Position numbers and translations under genes: made by a program
Notes under the pieces: generated by a model
The model's database searches: none
Seen by the model: the letters and a program-made list of their open reading frames with translations, nothing else
What the model was told of the DNA's origin: nothing
Part shown: positions 52,502 through 64,000 of the stretch, piece after piece
Layout: every line of letters starts with the position of its first letter
Position numbering within the stretch: position 1 is the first letter of the stretch
Assembly (NCBI GenBank): GCA_040954595.2
Contig: CM082579.2
Coordinates: 4,701,227 to 4,765,226, forward strand
Direction of reading: 5' to 3'
Length of the DNA: 64,000 bases
DNA from: Balanoglossus misakiensis
Taxonomy: Eukaryota; Animalia; Hemichordata

Positions 52502-55500
52502 TCAGTATCCTCTTTCCCAGCTGACAACTCGCGTCAACTCTTCTCCATTCACGTATCTATTGTAGTTCTCTGCGAATCCCTCAACCAACTGTGAACATGA
52601 CCAAAGTTATTGAATAATACAGATATGTCATGGCCCTTTACACCGCGATAAATTGCAGAACGGAAATTCTGGTTCAAGTGTCAGCCAATGTTTAGGAAGT
52701 AAAATACATGATACCAGGACGATCTCAACGTAATATGTATACATGCTGATAGTTATTTTACGTTCGCCGAAATATGTTTGTCTTAAAGGGTGTTTTTTTC
52801 CTTCTCAGAAATCGGTCAGCAGCACTAGGTAAAACTCACGTCTAATGCCACTGAATATACTAACCTCGTCAGCAGTCATATACGAAGACACATGTGGTGT
52901 GATTGTTACCTATATGAAGACAAAAAACAACTTACAGCTATTATTGAAAGAACAACGCTTAACACCCTAATTAAGATTTTTTTGTATATTTGACAGAATA
53001 TTTATCTATGTAACTGGAACAAAATTCACACATCCAAGTATAACAGACCCTTGCAAAAACAAAGGCAAATTATTAGTTGTAATGATGTAAGCATGACGTG
53101 TCCAAAAAATGTTGAATTTTAACTTAAACCCCATACCAACGGAAGTAAAAGGATGTCAGATCATACAGGGGTCATGAAGGTGACCAACTCGTCTGATTAA
53201 TGTAAATACCTTTTGCATAGTCCATAGTTGGCTCTCTTTGGGCAGTGGTTCCTTGTCAAAAACATCCAAAATAGCGGCAGCTATCCAGCCTTTCCTGGGT
53301 ATTCAATTTGTTTAAAATACATGTGGCAGAATTGCAAGTGAAAAATATAGAGTTTAGCTATAATATTGTGTGATTACCTTTGTGTAGACAGAATGTAACA
53401 TTATAACAGGTGCTCCAAAGCAGTGTAGAGCATATTAGACCTATTTATTTAGACAAAATCACAATTGTGTATATATTGTGCACACGTTGACGAAATGGAA
53501 TGGTTCCTACCTCAATGCATTCAAGAGACTTTTTTCGTTGATGATGTCTCCTCTTCCAATATTTATAAAAACAGATTCCTGTATTACAGAGAAACAAAAT
53601 GTCAAATTGACTCACGTGCACAGACTTAATTGTTTTATTATTTGTTTGTTTGATTGCTCGCGTGACTGACTGCTTGACTGACGGGTTGACTGGCTGATCT
53701 TGGTGTCCACATTCTTCAGTTCTTACCTTTGCCTGGCAAGACTGCAGCACTGTTCCATTCAGCAGTCCTGCGGTGGCCTTGGTACTCGGAAGGACGTTGC
53801 AGACATAGTCACAGTTTTCCAGAAGTTCACCAAGTTGTTCCGTCTTTCTGTACTGATCAACGTGCGGCGATCTCGTGTCCGGCGGCAGGTCTCGTTGAAC
53901 AAGTCCCCAGACGGTCATGCCCAACGCTTTACACACCATTGCAACTGAATGAACACGGAATCGAATATTGAGGTTATGAGCTGCTGCGATGGTTGACGGG
54001 TCTTGGACAATGGAGTGACACTAGTACTTCATGCTATTTACACAGTTAAATATGACCGTGCATATGCCAATGTCAAATTCTTCCTCTGAGATCAGATCTA
54101 GGATGAAACGGAACGCGAAACATTCGGAAGAAAATTATTCTCTATGCTAGTTTTGTCATAACTCTGATTTGATGTAATTTGACTCATGGTCCTGAAGTAA
54201 ACCAATATTGTCCTTAATTAATATGCTTACTCTCTTGGCCGATTTTTCCAATGCCAAGTATACCGATGGATAGGTTGGTCAGGATTCGGTATTTAAAGCT
54301 TGGCGACTTTTCCTTTCCAGTCCTTACAAAAAGAAAAGCAAACATATTATTAATGTTTCTAAGGAAAGTAATGTGTATTTATTTATAGATTTAAGCTGCT
54401 GGTTTTGTTAGCCATGACCATCGTTTGTGACAGCTATATTCTGTCAATGAAAAGCACGTGCACAGTGTAGAAGATTCGAAACGAACACTATGGACATACC
54501 ACTCAGCCCTGCTTTGATCTTCCCTGTATTTCGCAAAACTCCTCTCGTGTGCAATAATTTGCCCGATCACATACTCTCTCATTCGCGCACATTTAACAGA
54601 TCCACAGAATGTTGTCATTGTGAATTCGGGTAGAGGCTTGGCGCTATCAAGTTGGCAGAATATCTCCTCAATGCCTGGGCAATAGAAACGTTAAAATAGC
54701 GTCAATGTCACGTAGCTCCCATTGCGAAGGGATGCATGTGCATACATGCACGCACATGCATATTGAAGCATTTGGTTTTGAGAAAAACGTGGCTGACAGA
54801 CTCGCATTTCTTCCACCGTTATCCATTTGCCTTATCTTCCATTTATCTGTATTTATCATAGAATAAGATAATATCCAGATCCTGTCTAAAATCTATGGAA
54901 TTGCTGTGCCTACCTGCCCATACAGAGTGCATCCACTTTAGCTTAGGTAATTGGTACAGTATTTCAGCTGCACTTGGAGGCTCTGTGAGCAGTATTTCCG
55001 CCTCAGCCAGAACTTGATACTCTTCTTGTGATAATGGCATGATAGGCAACCTAGCGCAAGAGACCAAGGAATAGTTTTAAGACGTAAGCGCGTGTTGATA
55101 ATGTAAGCCAGCCCCCTCTCCGTAACAATAACAGAATAAAAAACTAAGAATAACGCAGTTCTCTTGCATTTATAATTTTATTTTAACAGTTGTCGCCGTG
55201 TTCGTCAAAATAAAAAAAACTTCATTTAAAGCAACCGCACTTAGGCTTAGTAGTCTTTTACTTTTAAATATCGCCTCTTGCTTCAAAAATAATCTTATGT
55301 GATTTTGTACCAACTTTCAATTTTTATAAGTAGTCATCAGTTCGCATCATTTGCAACGATTTTTTAAGTTGAAAATGGGTCAACCACTTACCCATTTTCC
55401 TCGGACTCAACGTTCACAATTTTCAAGGGTATGTCGGGATGGCGCTTCCGCAGTGTCGACTCTACTTTATGGAATGTTGAGAAAACCGTCACAGTTGGTC

Positions 55501-55516
55501 TCCGGGCTGTAGTCAT
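52502..55516 (-). CDS. D-isomer-specific 2-hydroxyacid dehydrogenase, glyoxylate/hydroxypyruvate reductase A (GhrA)-like
   Basis: Approximate exons: 55516-55392, 55051-54914 (KLKWMHSVWAG), 54674-54500, 54323-54231 (ILGIGKIG Rossmann motif), 53944-53727 (CDYVCNVLPSTKATAGLLN), 53578-53511 (FINIGRG), 53294-53210 (LDVFDKEPLP), 52909-52865 (ITPHVS) and 52588-52502 (..VVSWERGY*). Catalytic R/E/H are present. Confidence 0.9.
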
Positions 55517-57455
55517 GATAAGTGGGGTTTTAAATATACATGTACCGGTATATCTCTGCTGGCCACGTCCGTCTGCGAAATGTACTTTTTACTGTGAATG
55601 TTCATATTCTGCGCAGGCGTACTTAGGCCTATTAAAAGAACAAGGATTGTGAGCAAAGACCTTGGCGGGCGAAGATGAGACTGCAGTAGGCCTAGTTGAA
55701 AAATAAGCGTGTATGGTTTAATTTAGATCATTTTATTTCATCACAAACGATTGGAAAGTCTGCAGCACACCTTTCAACACCGTATTTATTGTGCACATTT
55801 TTTTTCTCTCTATTGTGTTCCTCACGTAAATAGACATTCGTGCTCTAAAACGAGAGATGACAACACACGTTCATTTATAATATAATGCGGTATAAAATTA
55901 AATAAATTCCGTGCGAACAAAAGTATTCCACAGTAGTTGTTTGAGGCGGGCGGAGGTAGCTATCCTCGCTTCTCTAGCTAATTATCAACAACTTGACGTT
56001 CTCGTGCTGTTCTAGATTGAGCCATTTAATCACATTTCTGTTGTATCGGTTACACTAAGAGCCCAAACAATGGTAGAAAACAATAATCATATATATTTAT
56101 GAATATATTTTATTTCATCAAAAATATGGCTAACAATGAATTGTTTACAATCACACACAGTTTACCTGCAGCATATTTTCCAATAAAACTTTTTTTTTTA
56201 TAAAAACGGTACTTTGCTCAGTATATAATTGCAAAATTTACACCACTTCATGAAATAATCGATCATAGTCACTGTATAAAGTTGGGTGAAATGCTCATTA
56301 AATTATCAATACCGATATCATAGTTGGCCCCCGCGTACATAATGAAAATACAAATACTTGATGAAAACATGCATGCTGAACCGAGAATTCCATTGCTAGA
56401 TTTAAAGTATGATTTCAAAATGGCAAAAATGGTCAAAGGAATTACCATAATGGCATTTTCAGCCTTCAGAGTCAAGTACTGTTTAAAAGTTCAGTGCTTA
56501 GAAAGAAGAACTCGTTAAATTACTCATAAACAACCAAAAATGTCAAGGGACACTACGTCTTAGCCACAAAAATTCTACAGTGAACATTATTTTTCCCTGA
56601 AAATTGTTTAACCATGTAAATGTCTCATTTCGTCCGCCTTTCTATATCTCCAAATCGTTGTCATTGACATGATTTCCAAATTTTAAATCGGAAAATATCT
56701 ACTTAAATACTGTGTACAGACAAAGCACAGCTGATTGCTGCTGATATTCAGAATTAATTAAAGTCAATTAGATTCATAAATGTGCGCAAATAACTTTGTG
56801 GCAAGATACATTTTACTCCAGAAATAAACAACTTTATTAAGTCCAGTCCAGTTTAAAATAGCCATATCGAAAAGTCATACTGAATTCAGTTTTGATATTG
56901 CCGCTTATAATTTTGTTTCAAGTCTCAGCCAAGCATGTACATGTATTACCCATGATTAAAATTACTCAGATAAACATCTGTAAAATTGCAAAGGTACTTT
57001 TTTCACATTGTTGTAAATTTGCATTACACCTGGGACGTTCTCTTTAAAGGTAGTTTCAAGCATACAGTAACAGGTGTCAATGCAAAGTAAAACCCTGTTG
57101 ACAGACTGTACTCCATCCTCTCGTTGCTATGACGAATTGATGCAAGTCTAGTATGTTTTCAAAACTATGGTTTGATCCGTATGCTACAAGATATGCCATG
57201 TGCCCATAACAAATAGTTTGCATTGCTGTGTTGAACATGCAAGTCTGCTTATAAGCTTAGATTTCTACGTTTCAAGCTTAGCCTTTCCATCAATGGGTTG
57301 GTCCAGTCCATTTTGTTGCAACATTGTGCGTTTGGACCGATACACACGGCCATAGGGGTGACCAGGTACTAAGAACGGCTGTGTTCGCTGTGAAGGTGTT
57401 TGTTGCATACGGATATTCCTGCTCTTCAGTGTTACTAGCTGGTTGCATTTGCCAA

Positions 57456-59974
57456 CTACGTCGATGTTCCTTCAACGTCTTTCATGATAGCCATTGTTAA
57501 ACTCTCCCCGAACACGAACGTCCCAATCACGGTGAACAGGAACCCTGTGGTAGTCAGGCCAATGTTGAAGTACTTCCCGTCTGTGACTTCTGTCAGTCCG
57601 GCTTGAAACAGGCATAAACCTGGGAATGGGAATACATTGAACTGAATTACATTACACATAAAAAGTGAATCTTGCAAATGATTTATAGATTTTCATGCAT
57701 GTACGACACTCCGGTGACCACACTGTGTGTCCCTTTTGAGCAGCAAAGTCCGTGATTGTAAAACCAACTCACCCGGGTAGATCAGAATGAAGGCCGCTGC
57801 CAGACAACCGATGACGGAGATCACCATTCCGATGTCCGGTATGAACAACGCCAAGACGACGGTCAGAGTGAACCAGATCAGCGTCTCCGATATGCGGAAG
57901 ACTTTCTCCTTGTAGTGGATGACGTAGAGGAAGGTCCCTCCCAGGGAAGACAGAACACCCTGCAAGGCGGCCCTGACATGGAAAAGCAAAATGTACAAGT
58001 TTTCATTATAACGGTCATGAATTCCAAGTACATTTCTGTGCTTTTAATGTGGGTTTTTCCACTTGGGAAAGAAGTGTGTGGAAGATCGATTTGAAAGGGG
58101 CAAAACACCTTTCCTACAACTCACCTTCCGACAAAATGCAATATTGGGTACGAGGTCAGCACCGACAGGGAAATCATGAAACGAGCCACCGTCACCGAGA
58201 TGTCACTGGCGTTGTACGACAGAAGGACGTCACTTTTGACCCGGTCGCCAAAGGTCAGGTAACCGTAGACGCCGGTCAGGAGGTAGACGACGTAGCAGAT
58301 CACCAAGGAGAGGATGATGACCCGGCCGTAGTGTTTCAAGGTGTGCGGTTGCAACGTGGCGTACACTGGAATTGAGCTCAGGTGACACTGCAAGATGCAA
58401 GCACAGTACAGATGAGAACGTAAAATATTCCGACTTTGAAATATGGTGTGTGTTAACAGGTACGTGTACGGCAACTTTCTGCAATTTTTACCTGATAACC
58501 GAAGCAAATGACAGGCACGGCAGCAAAGGCGTCCATCCACGTGGTGCTTTGACTCTGCAGGGGGTCGGGTGGCATGTAGTCGCCCGAGTAGTACTTGACC
58601 ACTATGACGGCCACCACATAGACTGTGGCCAGCACTCCGAAAAAACTGCAAGGAATCACAGGGAAGGAATGAGGAATGTGCACACAGTCAGTTTTTCAGC
58701 CAGATACTGCGGGTTGTCACTTTGCTGAGCTCTACCATCTGCCGTTGGTAGGTAAAGGAATTTGTATGTCCTTACCTGGAATACTTCAGGAATTCAATCT
58801 TTGCCGGGAAGCACAAGGGCAGTATAAAAAGCACCGCGACAACGGTGATTGTAAATTTTCTATTGAAATACCAGAGTTCACAGAAGTCGGGCCCACCATG
58901 AACAAATTCAAAAACTGTGAAGTAAACAAACAAAAAATCAGATGGTTAGACTGAGAGAAAAGTACTGTATGAGATGGTATTCATTACATGCATGAGGAAA
59001 TGAATCATGGCTGTGTCATTTTGTAGCTTATAGGTAAAACTAGCCATAAACTTCATATGCAGAGGACATGCTGAAAAACTGTTAGAACTTCCACTGTGAT
59101 AGGGACTGCTCACTGACCTTTGTCCAGCTGATCCCCTATAATGATGAGAAAAGTTATACATGTCCCAAAGGTATACAGAATGACAGTGACTTGACATGCC
59201 AACAAGACAGCCTTCCCACAGAGAGCAGCTACAGCGGTCTCGTACGTTTTGGAGCCATGAATGTCGGAGCAGAACGCCAGTACCAACATGGCAACACCAG
59301 CAAACACGACCAAAATCTATAAAAACGAAAGAAAAGGAGATTATCATTTGGGTGCAGTATAATTGCACTATTTGTACACGTAGTCAAACCTGTCTTGCTT
59401 CAAGGGTCTTTCAGGGCCTTCAGTTCATAATGCTTCAAAATTCAATCATGTTTTCTCTATCATCGTATAGATCAGATCAGAACCATACAGATCATCACAG
59501 CATATGACTACAGTCAGTGGATTCCAGCTGCGCCTGTGATATGACTCATGAGCGTTATTGTATGAAGGTCTTCTGATCAACAAGTCCACAAAAATCAACA
59601 CATTTTGGGCTATGAAGCCGCGGTTTGAAACTGTCGTCGCGTCGTGTCGAGCTGTCACACCGACTTACCGTCTGTAACGTCACACTGACACTGATTCCGC
59701 CCGCAGCACCGTAGGCGGCGGGGAAATTCAACAGCCCCGCTCCGAGACATGCGTTGACGATGATAAACACCGCTCCAAAAATGCTCTGGCCTGATCTCGG
59801 TGTCGTAATCTGTTGACTGGTCGAAGAAGTCGACACCTCGACACTTTCCAGTCCGTTGGATTCAAGCCAGTTGGCACCGTTTACATGGTTTTTACTTCGC
59901 GGCAAATGGCCGGGTAGCAACGGAGAGCCTTCCCCCTTGTGGTGGTGCGGGGACGATTTCACCTGAACAGACAT
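57456..59974 (-). CDS. SLC38A7: Sodium-coupled neutral amino acid transporter 7 (SNAT7/SNAT8 group)
   Basis: Approximate exons: 59974-59669 (GAVFIIVNACLGAGLLNFPAAY), 59316-59118 (YTFGTCITFLIIIGDQLDK), 58913-58775, 58645-58492 (VPVICFGYQ), 58388-58125 (CHLSSIPVY...TSYPILHFVGR), 57972-57773 (LALFIPDIG) and 57619-57456. EGSPLL dileucine lysosomal motif near the N-terminus. Confidence 0.92.
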
Positions 59975-60855
59975 CTTGTCATATGATTGAGTAGCTCATT
60001 GATTGTTTTCCTGAACAAGCGTCAATCACATGACCGGCCGTGACCCAAGAAAAATTGCTTGATGTATATACCAAGTCTAACGCTAGGATTTCACGAATTT
60101 GTAGTCTTCACAACACAAAAACGACATGCGACAACTCGATGACGTCAATTACACACGGTTACCATACCAGAAATAGTGTTTTTCTCTCAGCAAACGCAGC
60201 TGTCGCTCACAACCCGGTAGTCACTGATCACAATAGTATGACCTAAGCTCAGTGTCACCTGACGTAAAGCAGACTCCCTAGCCTTATGAAAATTTCACAT
60301 GTCGATTTCTGGGGAATGCGTAAACATTACACAGTTACATGTCAAATCGCACGGATGCCGGATATACGGTTGAAAAGTCGAAATTTATCAACATATTTCG
60401 TTGTTAGTCTGGTTGGGCAGTTGAATAAACGGGTGCGGCACCTGTTTATTATTTTACTTGTTAAGATTGCAATGTACAGCCAAAATCAGAGGTGAATACC
60501 ACAAAAGTTTATGAAGGTCACCAGATCCACGGTCACCTTCACATCCTTCCTTTGTCAGGAAAAAAATTCAATATGACCCTCACAGGCAGGTTCAAAGTCA
60601 GGTCACTTTGAGGACTGACCATGAATTAAATGCAAATATAGCTTTCCGTCGAGCACCTTGAAGTCCGCAGTTATTTTCCATCGACCATAGGAATACTTGT
60701 ATAGTACAACGATCAGTATGCATTGCAAATTAATGGGTCACTCCGAGTGAAGGACGAAATACTAGATCAAGTAGATTGTGCATCTTTTGTTGGGGTTAAT
60801 ATGAACCTGGAAAGATCATGTTGTTCTTCTTCAAATGAATATTAGTAATGTGTGT

Positions 60856-61451
60856 TATAGTAGACTGAGTCCCATTACAATTTCCATCGAGTAACCGTAG
60901 GTATTAGCATATCAAAGCTTTTAATATGTGACGTCAATCAGTGGGCGGAGCTCAAATGCAAATATAGCATACCATCTATAGTAGACTGAGTCACATTACA
61001 ATTTCCATCGAGTAACCGTAGGTATTAGCATATGGAAGCTTTTAATATGTGACGTCAATCAGAGGGCGGAGCTCAAATGCAAATATAGCGTACCATCCAT
61101 AGTAGACTGAGGTCCATTACTATTTCCATCGAGTAACCGTAGGTATTAGCATATCAAAGCTTTGGATATGTGACGTCAATCAGTGGGCGGAGCTCAAATG
61201 CAAATATAGCGTACCATCTATAGTAGACTGAGTCCCATTACAATTTCCATCGAGTAACCGTAGGTATTAGCATATGGAAGCTTTTAATATGTGACGTCAA
61301 TCAGTGGGCGGAGCTCAAATGCAAATGTAGCGTACCATCTATAGTAGACTGAGTCCCATTACAATTTCCATCGAGTAACCGTAGGTATTAGCATATCGAA
61401 GCTTTGGATATGTGACGTCATAGTAGACTGAGTTCCATCACTATTTCCGTC
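60856..61451. repeat. 121-bp tandem repeat (4 full units, one ~80-bp and one ~30-bp partial)
   Basis: Units start at 60856, 60977, 61098, 61219, 61340 and ~61419. Each full unit contains TGACGTCA, CAATCA, GGGCGGAGC and ATGCAAAT. Confidence 0.95.
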
Positions 61452-62720
61452 ATTCAGTGGGCTGAATACAATCAAGCGGTGACTTTGTTTCTTCAATGAC
61501 AATCACACGAAAAATTATCCGTATTTGGGCGTGTACGTGGTATATGTCATAAAACAGTACTGGGCACAGTCACACACATAAACAAATATATTTACTGTGC
61601 CAGTGATGTTTACCAGACAACGGCCCCACCCATCCCTCGGCCCTATGCAAATTTCATCGACGTCATTGAAGCCTCTGGGGTCCCCCAAAACACATGTATT
61701 ATAATGGGCATACTTTAGTGTTCTAGACCCAATCTTTTCAAAATTGAAAGGGGATATATAATGACAGCACTGACGACGTGAAACATGACAAAAAATTACC
61801 AAATGTACATTTTATTGCACAGTATACATATATGTAATTTTCCTTACAACAATGAGTGAAATGTTTGAATGCCTTTACAAACAGTAATCATAATTTCTTG
61901 AAGTTTACTCGTCCCAATTTTCTGCAATCAACAGTGGAAGAACTATTAAGGAATTATGCCTGAAAAATCGAGGAACACGTTTTGTAATGACTGACAGCTG
62001 CATTGATCCAGGATGCATTTTCTATCCTTCAACCTTGGTCCTTGCATAAGATACCCGTGTGAACAGGGCCCTCTGGTGTCACCCTGTGCTGTATGTCACA
62101 TTGTGCCCCCTTTTCACCCATAAACCAAGGCTGATCACTAAAAATGTATTGCCAAAGAACCAATGCGGAAAAATAAGTTTTAAATTTTGGTTACATGTAC
62201 AAACATGAGAAGCATTTTAGCATATTTAAATATCCTTTTAATTAAGAAAAAAATCTTGTCATGGAGTCTGAGTGCAAGCTTTCAAATATACAGATACCAG
62301 TCACAAAAATTATCAGGTTACATTGTCTCTAAAACACTCTAATTTTGTCATTTGCATGTTCTCTACATGCAAATCACTGCTGAGATGCACCAATCACTTT
62401 TGCCCATGAAGTTTTTGGCTATAAGAGTGATGGCATAATACTTTTGTCATTTAGTGAAAGTCGGAAGCGGTCCAACGGATTTTTGTGAACTTTCCAGGAA
62501 TAAATGTATTTTTTCTGTGACTTTCAAGGACCTCCCATAAAGTCATTTCAAATTCTAAGACTTTCCAGAATTTTCGAGAAGGGTACAGACCCCACTATAA
62601 TTTACAACTTGGGACTGCAGCCGGCCCAGGAAAAGGTGATAAATCTGGATCTTTTTCCGGGATTTCCAGAAGCCGGTGAACCCTGGGTCACTAGTTGTTG
62701 TTGTTAGCGTCCACTGCGTG

Positions 62721-64000
62721 TCACGACAGACTTGAGAATTCTTGCAAGACTGTCTGCTGTTGAAGGTTGGAGAGGCAGATGTTGTGTCTGACATCAGAGA
62801 TGATGGATCGCACCTGTGATGAAACAAAGTGAAGTGAGCCCTCAGTGTTTATGAGGAGATGTGAAGGGAGCCCACTGAGGCATCAGAACATGTGGTAAAG
62901 AAACACATGCATGAATCATAAACAAGATCATCCCATATTCTAACACTGGCTGTCCTGTATACTCGCATCACTCATTCGCACCCTGACTCAAGACAGCAAC
63001 TACAACTGTACAGTCACTCTACCCCAGCCAGTACACTACTGAGCTTGCTGCTAGAATTTTTTGACTGCTGTGAACAATTTCACGAATTTGATATTCAATA
63101 CATGTACTTACTAGTTGAGTGAAGAATGCTGTTTCTGCTGGTTTCTCGGAATACCTTTCAAACTGATCTAAATTGTCTTGTAGTTTCAACGTCAGCGTAT
63201 CGTAGTTACTTCGAACAACATCTAAAACCTGTGGAGACAAAAATCGGGAGGTTAGGTATTTATAAGCAATTCAAAGATACCATTTTACGAGTACAATGCT
63301 TTGATCTGTAGGTTTGTTCATTGAATGTTCTGAAGCACACTGGATGCACACCCCAAGCCATTTCAGTTATCAAGATTTTGTCTCAGCATACCTGGTCTGA
63401 AGTGAGTGACGACAGTGAGTTCGCTGCCGTCCACGAATCAATCTTTGGTGTAAAATGGTTCACTATGGCTCTGGAAATAAACAGATTAAGAAATACAGTG
63501 ATATCATGAAATCATGTTTTTAGAAAATCTGACCGTTCTCTGCAATTTTGTCTCCTGGAGGCTCAATTTATCGATAGAATGGATTGTGTTAAACAAAGGT
63601 GTCAAGAATATGGCAACTGTGACCTATTTTGTCCTCACCTGATATTTACAAGATTACTGGTCAAGTTTGCCGCAGAGTCTTTGTGCTCCCCTCCATTGGT
63701 CGACTGTCGTAGAGCTGTACATATGTGGATGAAATAAAACAAAGTTGATCTCTTCAAAAAGTTCTACACTGACATTGCATCAAGCACGTCTGAGTAAGAT
63801 ATTTGTACATAAGGCTTTATAAATATTTTTAATTGTTCAACTGGTGGTCTCTCTCTCTCTTCCTACCTCCACCTACTACAAACTATATCACTCACCCATA
63901 CTGTAAAGGTTATCGAAGACTTGATGCATACGGATTATTTCATAGTACAGTTCATCATAACTGCTGGGACTTGGGAGAAATGTGTCACCATATGTGATGA
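62721..64000 (-). CDS. ARMH3: Armadillo-like helical domain-containing protein 3 (C10orf76), 3' exons; continues off the right edge
   Basis: Exons >64000-63896 ([34 protein letters not shown]), ~63714-63638, ~63470-63392 ([13 protein letters not shown]), 63228-63112 ([28 protein letters not shown]) and 62813-62721 (VRSIISDVR...EFSSLS*). Confidence 0.92.

Noticed and set aside
60856-61451. CRISPR array
   Set aside because: Whole units repeat with no unique spacers; eukaryotic context; no cas genes.
62060-62690. hAT-like MITE ending in GAACCCTG
   Set aside because: No matching left TIR or target duplication was found.

Overview
Gene-dense, intron-rich eukaryotic DNA from an invertebrate animal; a non-vertebrate deuterostome such as a hemichordate is a guess only. 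Twelve spliced protein-coding genes were assembled by hand from splice signals and conserved motifs. In order: a partial SLC36/AVT3-like amino-acid transporter (-), AGK (+), two tandem paralogous secreted mosaic trypsin-like proteases (-), YIPF5 (-), RPL9 (+), YIPF6 (-), CCDC134 (+), a GH3-domain protein (+), a divergent pyruvate dehydrogenase E1-alpha (+), a GhrA-like D-2-hydroxyacid dehydrogenase (-) and SLC38A7 (-). A thirteenth, the 3' end of ARMH3/C10orf76 (-), runs off the right edge. The proteases share the layout Lys-rich pro-region, LDLa array (15 vs 7 modules), TSP1 and trypsin domain. Non-coding features include three head-to-head promoters, a U12-type intron, a GC-AG intron, several MITE-like or foldback elements, inverted microsatellite pairs, and a 121-bp tandem array carrying CRE, GC-box and octamer motifs in every full unit. 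The strongest leads are the polybasic-plus-LDLa protease pair, the E1-alpha paralog with a remodelled active site and phospho-loop next to GH3 and GhrA, and the promoter-module array. Exon coordinates were read by eye and may be off by a few bases; no database search was possible.
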